Source of the DNA: a bacterium BMS3Bbin05
Lineage (GTDB): Bacteria > Nitrospirota > Thermodesulfovibrionia > Thermodesulfovibrionales > BMS3Bbin05
Assembly: GCA_002897855.1 (NCBI GenBank)
Contig: BDTO01000021.1
Span: 10,472-74,471, forward strand
DNA length: 64,000 bases
Reading direction: 5' to 3'
The position numbers and the translations under genes were made by a program. Of this stretch, positions 32,135 to 40,646 are shown piece by piece. Under the pieces are notes generated by a model, which searched no databases, was not told the origin of the DNA, and worked only from the letters and a program-made list of their open reading frames with translations. How positions within the stretch are numbered: position 1 is the stretch's first letter; the number at the start of each line of letters is the position of its first letter.

Positions 32135-34111
32135 TTAACCCTTCACCTTAACCGGCACATTATTCTTCTCAAGCAATGCCTTGAGGTTCGGAAACCTGTC
32201 TTTCATATGGGGTATATGCATTGCCATCATGAACTCCTTCTCAAATTCCGGCTCTACCGCTATCTCCACAAAGTTGACCCACCTCGCCTTTTCCCTGGCC
32301 TCTATCCTCTTGCCCCTGTTAAGAAGCGCCATCCTGGCACCATCCCCGGCGGCATTCCCGACGGCATAGACCTTCTCGATATTACAGTCGGGGAACATGC
32401 CAAGCGTCATGGCCGCTTCCGTATCAATGTGGCTACCAAATGCACCGGCCAAAACCACCCTGTCAAGTTTTTCGATGCCAAGTTTTTTCATCATCAATTT
32501 CGCCCCGGCATAAAGCGCACCCTTTGCAAGTTGAAGTGCACGCACATCCCCCTGGGTAACAGTAATATCTGTGCCGATCGATGTCTCATCAGACCACGCC
32601 AGAACATATTCCGGTTTGCCTTCGGCATCACGCCTCACCCTGGGAGTATCGAGGTCCATTACAAATTTTCCCGACTTGTCGATAATCCCGGCCTTGAACA
32701 TCTCTGTAATCACATCAATAATGCCGGAACCGCATAGTCCCTTTGCATCAATCTTTTCAATGTGGGTATGCCAGTCGGCCTTGCCTATAACCATGTATTC
32801 GGGGTCCTTCGTCCCGGGGTCGATCCTGACCTTTTCGATCGCACCCGGTGCCGCGCGCATACCGAATTTGATCTGTGCGCCTTCAAAAGCCGGCCCGGTA
32901 GCACAAGACGTTGAATATACGGCATCTTTGTTACCGAGCAGCAGTTCACCATTGGTACCGATATCAATAATAAGAACCATGTCATCGGCATTGTAAGGTT
33001 CTTCGGCAATCAGGACACCAACGTTATCAGCACCCACAAAACCCGCCTCTATCGGCAGCACATGTATATAGGAAGCCGGGTTTATATCTATACCCATATC
33101 CCTGGCCTTGATATCGATCGGCTCCTGCAATGCCGGTATAAAAGGCGACCTCCCTATATACTCCGGATTAAACCCGAGGAAAATGTGGTGCATGGCCGTA
33201 TTGAAGACCACGGTCATATCAATTATAGTATGGCCTCCTTTCGTACCATTCAGCCTGATCTCGGATGTAACTTTGGCGATAAGCTCATTCAACCCCTCTA
33301 TCAGCGTCTTCCGCATTGTCTCAAGGCCGCTGTCGTTAGTCATGGCATAGGTTATCCTCGACATGACATCTTCTCCATACGGCACCTGGGGATTCATCAT
33401 GGACTCAGTATTCAGGACCTTCCCCGTGTTCATATCGCACAGGTAAGCCGCAACCGTTGTAGTGCCCACATCTATGGCTATGCCATAGGAAGACTCAACA
33501 AACCCCGGCTCTACCTTTATTATCTCTCTGTCCATCCATACCGACACAGTTACCTTCCACTCTCCCTTTCTCAAAATGTTCTGGATGTCCCTGAGAATCA
33601 CATAATCAATATCAATATCATCGAGACCGTACTGCTCCCGCAGGGCATTTCCTATCCTCTCAAAATCACCCCGTGACAGATCATGCAGTCCCGGTGCCTG
33701 CAGTTCAATATAATATCTCTTCACTGCGGGGTCAAGGGCTATGATTATGTCCCTTGCCGCCTTCCTGACTATCTGCTTTCCGGCCCTTGATTTCTCCGGC
33801 ACAAAGACCTTTACGTCACCCTGCACTGTTGCAGAACAGGCAAGCCTCATCTGCGGACCATCCCCGGCTTTTATAAATTTCCTCTCGACGTCCGACATCG
33901 GTGTCAGGTGTGACATGCCCGATTCCATAGCATCTTTCTCAAAATAACCCTCCTCAATCCTCACCTTGCATTTCCCGCACGTTCCCTTTCCGCCGCAGAT
34001 CGATTCCAGGTCTACACCAAGCATCTGCGCTGCTTCAAGCAGCGTCTTGTCTTCCTCTATTTCTCCTCTTCTCCCGGAGGGTTGAAAGATCACCTTGTAT
34101 TTACCGCTCAT
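32135..34111 (-). CDS. Corrinoid reductive activase (RACo/RACE type: 2Fe-2S ferredoxin plus ASKHA ATPase domain)
   Basis: 658 aa. It has an N-terminal plant-type ferredoxin (CGGKGTCGKCKV...RLAC) and a large ASKHA-like domain (GIAIDVGTTTVAAYL...IIDIGTNGELLLG). Confidence 0.8.
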   Translation of the reverse strand: MSGKYKVIFQPSGRRGEIEEDKTLLEAAQMLGVDLESICGGKGTCGKCKVRIEEGYFEKDAMESGMSHLTPMSDVERKFIKAGDGPQMRLACSATVQGDVKVFVPEKSRAGKQIVRKAARDIIIALDPAVKRYYIELQAPGLHDLSRGDFERIGNALREQYGLDDIDIDYVILRDIQNILRKGEWKVTVSVWMDREIIKVEPGFVESSYGIAIDVGTTTVAAYLCDMNTGKVLNTESMMNPQVPYGEDVMSRITYAMTNDSGLETMRKTLIEGLNELIAKVTSEIRLNGTKGGHTIIDMTVVFNTAMHHIFLGFNPEYIGRSPFIPALQEPIDIKARDMGIDINPASYIHVLPIEAGFVGADNVGVLIAEEPYNADDMVLIIDIGTNGELLLGNKDAVYSTSCATGPAFEGAQIKFGMRAAPGAIEKVRIDPGTKDPEYMVIGKADWHTHIEKIDAKGLCGSGIIDVITEMFKAGIIDKSGKFVMDLDTPRVRRDAEGKPEYVLAWSDETSIGTDITVTQGDVRALQLAKGALYAGAKLMMKKLGIEKLDRVVLAGAFGSHIDTEAAMTLGMFPDCNIEKVYAVGNAAGDGARMALLNRGKRIEAREKARWVNFVEIAVEPEFEKEFMMAMHIPHMKDRFPNLKALLEKNNVPVKVKG

Positions 34112-34773
34112 TGAGTTTCCTCCATCACTTCAGATTTAATTTCAATATAACCCCTGCCATAAGGACAAATATTGATACACAGCCCGCAATTGGGTTTCCC
34201 GTTAACAGGCCTTGATTTCTCCTTATGGCTCCTGCACTTATCAGCCTTTATCATATCCGGATAAGGTGCGTTCCTCGACCACGTCTCGCCTGTAATAGCC
34301 TTTGAAGGGCAATGGTCAACACAAAGCATGCAATCTCCGCATAGACAGTTCTCGATGGGCAAATCAGTTTTAAAACGGGCATCCGTTAAAACAGTAGCGA
34401 GCGACAGCCGTGGCCCGTAAGTCGGACTGATAAGAAGGCCGTTTCTGCCTATCCAGCCGATACCCGCACATGTCGCAGCTATTTTATGCGTAAAAAGCGG
34501 ATACAACTTTGAAGCAAACGAATCGTTTATCCTGTCCGAATCAGGAGGGATACAGAAAAACCTGTATCCTTTTCCCCTCAGGAATAACGCTGTCTTTTTC
34601 TGCAATTTCTTCAGATGATCCAGATTGCTTTCCCGGAGATTCCCGTTCACGCCTATGGAAATTGCGAAAGACAGGTGTCTTATGTCTTCAGACAGCCCAT
34701 CCGCTACTGAAGCAAATCCGATGACGGTGGCGCCGGCCTTTCTCAACATTTCACGGATACCTTCACGCATCAA
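34108..34773 (-). CDS. Minimal QueG/reductive-dehalogenase-superfamily-like Fe-S protein
   Basis: 221 aa with AGIGWIGRNGLLISPTYGPRLSLATVLTD, a block typical of QueG, then two 4Fe-4S motifs (CGDCMLCVDHCP and CGLCINICP). It is far shorter than canonical QueG (about 380 aa by recollection). It overlaps both neighbouring genes by 4 nt. Confidence 0.6.
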   Translation of the reverse strand: MMREGIREMLRKAGATVIGFASVADGLSEDIRHLSFAISIGVNGNLRESNLDHLKKLQKKTALFLRGKGYRFFCIPPDSDRINDSFASKLYPLFTHKIAATCAGIGWIGRNGLLISPTYGPRLSLATVLTDARFKTDLPIENCLCGDCMLCVDHCPSKAITGETWSRNAPYPDMIKADKCRSHKEKSRPVNGKPNCGLCINICPYGRGYIEIKSEVMEETQ

Positions 34774-35459
34774 TTATTCTTCGCCTCTGCCTCCTCCTTG
34801 AGTTCTTTAAGCGCCCCTATCATCTTGATAGCATCAGAAAGGGCATTGGTTGCATCGGCAGCATACCCGTCTGCCCCCCACTTGTCCGCTATGTCCTTTG
34901 AGACCGGAGCGCCGCCTATCATTATCTTGACATTCGGGTTCTTCGCCTTTAGATTGTCAATAACCTTCTGCATCCCGATCATGGTCGTTGTCATCATCGC
35001 CGACAGACAGACGAGATCGGACTCGGTCTTTATCTGTTCTTCAACAAATTTGTCGAGAGGAACATCACGGCCGAGGTCATAGACATCAAATCCCGCCACA
35101 TCAAACATCATCTTTACGATGTTCTTGCCGATATCATGAACATCTCCTTCAACTGTACCGATCACAACCGACCCCTTGACCCCCAGATCCATCTTCTTTA
35201 CGTGCGGATTGAGGATATCAAGCCCCGCATACAGGGCGTCCGCACACATTAACAGTTCCGGGACAAAATACTCCTGTGACTCGAAAAGCTTTCCTACCTC
35301 CTGCATACCGGCCACAAGCCCGTCAAAGATAGCATCATTTGCATTGAGACCTTCATCCAGCGCCTCCTGGGCGCCTTCCCTGGCAGCATCCTCATCATAC
35401 TCAATCACTGCCTTTGTAAGCTTTTCCATAATCTCCTTTTTTCTTTCTTCTGTTGCCAT
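34770..35459 (-). CDS. Methyltransferase-cognate corrinoid protein (B12-binding)
   Basis: 229 aa with an N-terminal helical cap, the DxHxxG motif (EGDVHDIGKN), the SxL motif (SAMMTTTM) and the GG motif (IGGAPV). Confidence 0.9.
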   Translation of the reverse strand: MATEERKKEIMEKLTKAVIEYDEDAAREGAQEALDEGLNANDAIFDGLVAGMQEVGKLFESQEYFVPELLMCADALYAGLDILNPHVKKMDLGVKGSVVIGTVEGDVHDIGKNIVKMMFDVAGFDVYDLGRDVPLDKFVEEQIKTESDLVCLSAMMTTTMIGMQKVIDNLKAKNPNVKIMIGGAPVSKDIADKWGADGYAADATNALSDAIKMIGALKELKEEAEAKNN

Positions 35460-35462
35460 AAA

Positions 35463-36497
35463 TTACCTCCTGTATTCCTTTACTTCGTCAATCATTGCCC
35501 TGAAATTTTCGGGCGGGACGGTCGGCCAGATATCGCATCCGGGCCAGACAGCGCTCACACCGTCATCAAGGCATTTCCTTACAGTTTCCCTTACCAGCTC
35601 AGTAGTGCCCGAAACAAGCACATTATACGGATCATAATTCCCGAATATCAATGCCTTGTCACCAAGTTTCTTCCTCGTTTCAGCAACATCGTTCTTCTGA
35701 TCGACACTTATCGCATTCGTACCGGACTCAATCATAAAAGCCGCAATATCATTCGTCTTCCCGCAGATATGGACAACACTCGGAACTGTTATCTTTTCAA
35801 ATATTTTCTTCAGGTGAGGAAGTATGAGGTTCTTGAAACCCCTCGGGCTGAGTACATCCGATGTCGCCCCCATCTCCCTTATCGTCAGATAATCAACACC
35901 CGCTTTCTCGTATTCAGCGGCAATTGCAATAATTACTCCTGCAAGAGTATCCAGAAGCTTACCGACCTTGTCAGGCTTCTTGAAAGAAAGCTTCAGAAGA
36001 TCGTTCAACTCCATTATCTGGCCTGCAAGAGTAAAGGGGCCGAGTAAATATGACCCCACCGGCACTTCGTCACCGATCTCTTTCTTCGCAAGCCCTATAG
36101 CCTCCATCATCATGGGGATCCTTCCCCTTTCAAGCAAATCATCAGGTACGGCGATCTCCATCCCAGCCTCATTATGGATCACTTTTTCCTTGATCGTAGG
36201 GTACAGCAGGTCCCCGGAATAAGCATAAGTATTTATCCGGCATCCAAGCGCCTCCGCCTCCACACAGAGGTCGAACGGCAAGACGCAGCTGTCAAACCCG
36301 AACAGTTTCGGAGTAGTAACCGCCGTCTCCGCCATCTGCCTTGCATCAAGATGTACCTGCGCGAACTTGTAGCCGAGCTGATTGAGTCCTTCGGTCGTTG
36401 CATTACCCATTCCGCTGAAACAGGCCGGCCTGTCCGTTTCTTCTCCTCTGAAAAGTTTAAGAACTCTTTCTCTTGAGCTCATTGTCGATACAGCCAT
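35463..36497 (-). CDS. URO-D family methylcobamide methyltransferase (MtaA/MtbA/MtvA-like), copy 1
   Basis: 344 aa with the uroporphyrinogen-decarboxylase-like fold typical of MT2 enzymes (VHICGKT...WPGCDI). AAGGAG precedes the ATG. Confidence 0.8.
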   Translation of the reverse strand: MAVSTMSSRERVLKLFRGEETDRPACFSGMGNATTEGLNQLGYKFAQVHLDARQMAETAVTTPKLFGFDSCVLPFDLCVEAEALGCRINTYAYSGDLLYPTIKEKVIHNEAGMEIAVPDDLLERGRIPMMMEAIGLAKKEIGDEVPVGSYLLGPFTLAGQIMELNDLLKLSFKKPDKVGKLLDTLAGVIIAIAAEYEKAGVDYLTIREMGATSDVLSPRGFKNLILPHLKKIFEKITVPSVVHICGKTNDIAAFMIESGTNAISVDQKNDVAETRKKLGDKALIFGNYDPYNVLVSGTTELVRETVRKCLDDGVSAVWPGCDIWPTVPPENFRAMIDEVKEYRR

Positions 36498-36523
36498 CCC
36501 TTAATCTCCTTTCATGAATATTA

Positions 36524-37489
36524 TTATTTTGCAACCTTTTTCTTTCTCGCTCCGCCCTCGATAACCTTTTCAATAAAGTCAGGAAAATACTTTCTTATGG
36601 GAAGAAAATCTTTGTCCGCTATTTCATGTGTTTCGTCATATACGAGCGTCGAGAGGAGTATATGCGCAGTTGCAACGGCCGGAAAAATCCTCGGTGCAGT
36701 TACAATGGGGCCATAAAAATTAAAATCGCTCCACAGCACGGAAGACATGCCCTGTGCCACTGCGTCCATCGCCCTGAAGCCGTCAAGGCCCCACAGGACC
36801 TTCGACTCCTTCCACATATGAGTTCCATTGGAATATGCGCCACCGCACGGCAGGCCGAGTTTTTCCTTTATCAGCCTGTTGGCCAGCAGCGAAAAAGAAG
36901 TAGACGGAAGGTTCATCACCGATGTGTCTACAATGACGGTATCAAAACTGCCGGCCCCCTGAGAGAGCATTGCCTCGAGAGACTTCAATCTGCCGGCAGG
37001 TGTCTGATCCCGGTCATCAAAGGCCTGAACTACCACGTGCCTTATACCCAGGTCCTTAAGTCTTTCCACCTGCCCCTTTATATCTCTGTCCCAGGGAGTT
37101 ATGCTGTTATACAGGAACTTGTCCTGCACCCCCAGTTTCGCCACATATTCCGTAGCCTTCGCCCTCTTTTCGGCAACCCACATATCGATTCCGAAAGGCA
37201 TATCGGTCGTTTCAAGATAAAAATCTATGTAGACCCGAGCCTCCTCCGGGGTATTGGCAACCATTGCAACCATAGCCGGGATACCTGTTGAACGGCTTAA
37301 TTCTTCCTGTTTCCTGATCAGCTCCACTGCCCTGTTCCGGTCAAATTTCGCCGTCTTCCTGTCTTTTAGAATTTTATCCTTGTTATGAAACATGGATGCA
37401 ATCATCATGGGCACATTTTCACCCGGTTGTCCGCCGATTTCTATTCCGGCAATGTCAAAAATTTTCTGCTCCGTTTTAAATCTGAACAT
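36524..37489 (-). CDS. MtrH-like methyl-pterin:corrinoid methyltransferase
   Basis: FRFKTEQKIFDIAGIEIGGQPGENVPMMIASMFH resembles the MtrH family. The ORF track starts at TTG 37504. ATG 37489 follows AAGGAG. Confidence 0.75.
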   Translation of the reverse strand: MFRFKTEQKIFDIAGIEIGGQPGENVPMMIASMFHNKDKILKDRKTAKFDRNRAVELIRKQEELSRSTGIPAMVAMVANTPEEARVYIDFYLETTDMPFGIDMWVAEKRAKATEYVAKLGVQDKFLYNSITPWDRDIKGQVERLKDLGIRHVVVQAFDDRDQTPAGRLKSLEAMLSQGAGSFDTVIVDTSVMNLPSTSFSLLANRLIKEKLGLPCGGAYSNGTHMWKESKVLWGLDGFRAMDAVAQGMSSVLWSDFNFYGPIVTAPRIFPAVATAHILLSTLVYDETHEIADKDFLPIRKYFPDFIEKVIEGGARKKKVAK

Positions 37490-37679
37490 TCGTTCTCCTT
37501 TCAATGTTGAAATATAATTGCATGAAGATACTTAAATAAACATTGCAAATATAATTTCTGAAATAAAAATAAAGGAGTATTGGAGCAACCAGGGGATGAA
37601 GCAGCAAAATTTCACCGCTCCAATACTCCGGGAACCGGCTATTCAAAGGCCTTATGTATCGAGCAAGTTACCACAATTA

Positions 37680-38120
37680 TCAATATACACCGTGGTCGAA
37701 GCTCGGCTGAGGAAGATATTCCCATTCCTCCCCTTTTCTGAATTTGGCCTCGATGTCGAGACACTTCAGGGCATATTCAAACGCATAGGGTATTCCCGGC
37801 CCGCCCGGGACAAAGCCTGCGAGTATCATACCTACCGACGCAGCCTCAAATATCTCACCGGTTGTTGCACCGGCATTAATGGCAGGGATTACATGGATAA
37901 TGCACCTTGGAGAACAGTATGCAACCCCGCCGGACATGAACATCAGTTCCTTGATCTTCTTGGAGAGTGCCCCGTCACCAAAAATTGATGCATAAAAATC
38001 TGCAAAGGTTCTTCCGGGATCAGGTGTAACTGTGTTAATAATCTTGAACATCCTGGGAGTAAAGCCCATTTTTTCCTTCATGTACTCATTACACTGTTCG
38101 GCTGTCATTTTCTCTGACAT
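37680..38120 (-). CDS. Carboxymuconolactone decarboxylase / AhpD-like family protein
   Basis: The AhpD-core-like segment is LMFMSGGVAYCSPRCIIHVIPA (Cys-x3-Cys-x2-His). The ORF track starts at 38189. ATG 38120 (MSEKMTAEQ) follows a strong AGGAAGGAGG site. Confidence 0.75.
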   Translation of the reverse strand: MSEKMTAEQCNEYMKEKMGFTPRMFKIINTVTPDPGRTFADFYASIFGDGALSKKIKELMFMSGGVAYCSPRCIIHVIPAINAGATTGEIFEAASVGMILAGFVPGGPGIPYAFEYALKCLDIEAKFRKGEEWEYLPQPSFDHGVY

Positions 38121-38304
38121 AAGCTCCTCCTTCCTGCTATTTTCCGGCCCCATGGCCAGAATTTTCTTAATACTGCCAAATATCCCCATAAATACCTTCC
38201 CCTGTGGAAACTAACATCTTAAGCCATCTCACCTCCTCCCGTTTACAGACACACATGGTCTTGATCCGGGACTCTTTTGTATTCATCTGTTTCATGAACC
38301 CGGG

Positions 38305-39333
38305 TTAGAGCTTCCATTCATTTGCTACCTGAATAAACTTTTGTATGTTTTCATATGGGACAGTCGGCGGGATATCACATCCCGGCATAAGTACAAAGGC
38401 GCCGTCCGTCCCTGCAGCCTCTATAACTTTCCTGCATGCACTCTCCACATCACCAACACCGCCCTGGAGCATGACCGCAACCGGATCTACATTCCCTGCA
38501 AAACACATCTTTCCATATAAAAGCTCTCTTGCCTTCACTATGTCCGTTTTGTGGTCAAGACTGATACAGCTTGCACCGGTATCTGGAAAGAGCCCCAGCC
38601 TGTCTGTAGTATTGCCGCATATATGCAGAAGGGTGTGAACGTTCTTTGCCCGGGCCCAGCCGGTAAATTTCCTGAGTGGCGGTACTGCAAATCTCTCAAA
38701 CTGCTTCTTTGATATGAGGTCACCCGATGCCGTTGGGTCCGCAAGGGAGATCACCTGGAGTGTCCCGTCATCCACGAGGGGTTCATAGAGATGGATGAGA
38801 AGGTCACATGCAAAATCCACAACCTTCTCCACAAGGGCGGGTTTCTTGAAAGTTGCTTTCATCATCACTTCTTCACCGACAAAACGCGCCCCGAGAGTAA
38901 AAGGCCCCCATGCAGTCATGCTCACCACATATTTACCGCCTATCTTCTCTTTCGTCTTTCTTAATGCCTCTTTAACGGTATTGATTGTCTCATCTTTATC
39001 TATATCTTCTATTCTGAGTTTCGCAAGGTCTTCCTCTGAATCCACCAGTGGAGCTTCAAGATCGGGCGCCCCGATCTCACGGAATTTTATCTTTCCTCCC
39101 AATGCAGATGCATGGAAATTATTGTACCCCGACCCGGCATAAACTATATCGCATTGAAGTTTCTCACTGTTTTCGACAAGCATCTGCGTCATCTTGTCCG
39201 CATCTCCCGACAGCTCTTTGAATGTGGTACCGGAGTTATGGATGCTCCACATACCACCGCCAAACAGTGTTACCGGCACCCTTTCAGGCTTTCCCCCTTC
39301 AAAGGCTGTTAACATGACTTCTTTTGGTGTCAT
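38305..39333 (-). CDS. URO-D family methylcobamide methyltransferase (MtaA/CmuA-like), copy 2
   Basis: 342 aa, a paralog of 35463-36497 (LLHICGNTT...MPGCDIPP). AAAGGAGGAATGT precedes the ATG. Confidence 0.8.
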   Translation of the reverse strand: MTPKEVMLTAFEGGKPERVPVTLFGGGMWSIHNSGTTFKELSGDADKMTQMLVENSEKLQCDIVYAGSGYNNFHASALGGKIKFREIGAPDLEAPLVDSEEDLAKLRIEDIDKDETINTVKEALRKTKEKIGGKYVVSMTAWGPFTLGARFVGEEVMMKATFKKPALVEKVVDFACDLLIHLYEPLVDDGTLQVISLADPTASGDLISKKQFERFAVPPLRKFTGWARAKNVHTLLHICGNTTDRLGLFPDTGASCISLDHKTDIVKARELLYGKMCFAGNVDPVAVMLQGGVGDVESACRKVIEAAGTDGAFVLMPGCDIPPTVPYENIQKFIQVANEWKL

Positions 39334-39709
39334 ACATTCCTCCTTTCTTCTCAGTCATGAATTTATCATTTATAATCTGCTTCAGCAACTTAATGAAATA
39401 ATCAAGTTCGACAGGAGTTTCGATGATGAACATATCGTCAATTAATTCGTTTTCCATTATATCGGTATCAACCAACAGAACCAGCGTCGTTTCCGGCCTT
39501 ATATGTTTAATAATCGAAGCGGCTTCATATGCATTCAATCCAACGTCACGCGAATCGAGTATTACAACACCATAACTCTTATGGAGCGAGTATCTCACAG
39601 ATTCAGAGGCGTGTTCCACAATATCAACCTCGAATCCCTCATCCCGAAGGGGGCTATAAAGCCCCTTGATAAAAATCTGGTCCTGCGTGCTTAGCAGAAG
39701 ATTTCTCAT
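39299..39709 (-). CDS. Stand-alone CheY-like receiver domain protein (atypical acidic pocket)
   Basis: 136 aa with a beta-alpha pattern and a candidate phospho-acceptor in VVILDSRD. The N-terminal pocket reads STQDQ rather than DD. The 3' end overlaps the next gene by 35 nt. Confidence 0.55.
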   Translation of the reverse strand: MRNLLLSTQDQIFIKGLYSPLRDEGFEVDIVEHASESVRYSLHKSYGVVILDSRDVGLNAYEAASIIKHIRPETTLVLLVDTDIMENELIDDMFIIETPVELDYFIKLLKQIINDKFMTEKKGGMYDTKRSHVNSL

Positions 39710-39884
39710 GGCAGATAATTAAAAGCAACTTTGATGCCAGTGCAAAATACCTTAATATCCAGGGGTATGATAAGGACATGCATCGATGGGATGGGGAAAC
39801 TTTCCCCGCATGGTGTGGAATTATTCCCCAGCCTTACAAGACAACTACTAAACTGCAGAGACTCAGAGAACATCATTATTATTA

Positions 39885-39964
39885 GCCGCAGATATACGCA
39901 GATTAGTACGGATCTAAATGTCTTTTATATTCCTAATCTCTGTTTCTCCGCGTAAATCTGCGGC
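39885..39964. repeat. Palindromic element built from ATCYGYG-type decamer repeats
   Basis: gccgcagatatacgcagattagtacggat (39885-) lies opposite the reverse complement of ...aatctctgtttctccgcgtaaatctgcggc (-39964). The terminal 9-mers gccgcagat and atctgcggc are perfectly complementary. Confidence 0.6.
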
Positions 39965-40061
39965 TGAAAATCCTTTTCTTTCTCTGCCACTGAGCCATTG
40001 AGCTTGCCGCCTTGCAGGCATTCATTCTCACACAATTCCCGGAAGAGCCAAAAAATAAAGC

Positions 40062-40646
40062 TTACCGCTCTAAAAGCATTTTGATTTTTTTCTTAACAAT
40101 CTTCGGGAACATTTCCGAATGGTCTCTCAATTTATTCATGTCAATGTTTCCAAGTTCCAACTCTCCGGGAAAAGGGGCATGTTTTCTTAAATAAACCGTA
40201 TCCAATAACGCCTTTTCGGGCGAGGCGATATTGAACCCCTCCCCTGTCTCAAATCCGTAAAAGAGTTTCTCCAAGACCCTGGAATATTCAATGGCCGTTC
40301 CTCTGAAGTTAACCTTATTCCTTTTACCGACGGCAGAACTCAGTGTGATCACTGTGCAAACAGACGGGACCTGCAGAATGATGTTGTGATAGTTCAGCGC
40401 CCACTCGCAGGAAATGTAGGAGGGGGTTCTCAAGTAACAGGCAACTTCCTCGACGGAAGGCATTTTCTTGAATGTATTGAGATATACGCCACGCATAATG
40501 CGGGTCACATAACCCGACTTCAATGCCCGGGTAAGAAAGACATTAGGGTTCGATGTCAGTTTTGACACATCAGCGTAACGAAAGAGGGACGGGAGAAAGC
40601 GGAGAATATCCACCGTTTTCTTCTTTCTCGCTCTCTGTTTCTTCAT
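40062..40646 (-). CDS. AbiEi-like antitoxin/transcriptional regulator family protein
   Basis: 194 aa. ...GYVTRIMRGVYLNTF...YISCEWALNYHNI...ASPEKALLDTVYL matches the AbiEi pattern as I recall it. Its ATG overlaps the AbiEii stop by 1 nt (TAATG). Confidence 0.65.
   Translation of the reverse strand: MKKQRARKKKTVDILRFLPSLFRYADVSKLTSNPNVFLTRALKSGYVTRIMRGVYLNTFKKMPSVEEVACYLRTPSYISCEWALNYHNIILQVPSVCTVITLSSAVGKRNKVNFRGTAIEYSRVLEKLFYGFETGEGFNIASPEKALLDTVYLRKHAPFPGELELGNIDMNKLRDHSEMFPKIVKKKIKMLLER

Noticed and set aside
37596-37988. A 130-aa plus-strand ORF.
   Set aside because: It is antisense to the AhpD-like gene, which has a clear family motif and a strong RBS.
39960-40061. A possible cobalamin riboswitch near the corrinoid operon. 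GCCACTG appears on the plus strand and GGGAATTGTGTGAGAATGAA on the minus strand.
   Set aside because: The two riboswitch-like fragments lie on opposite strands. The B12-box context (CCCGCCACTG) and the GGTG..AATCC elements are absent. No appropriately oriented downstream gene follows the plus-strand fragment. An Infernal scan with RF00174 would settle it.
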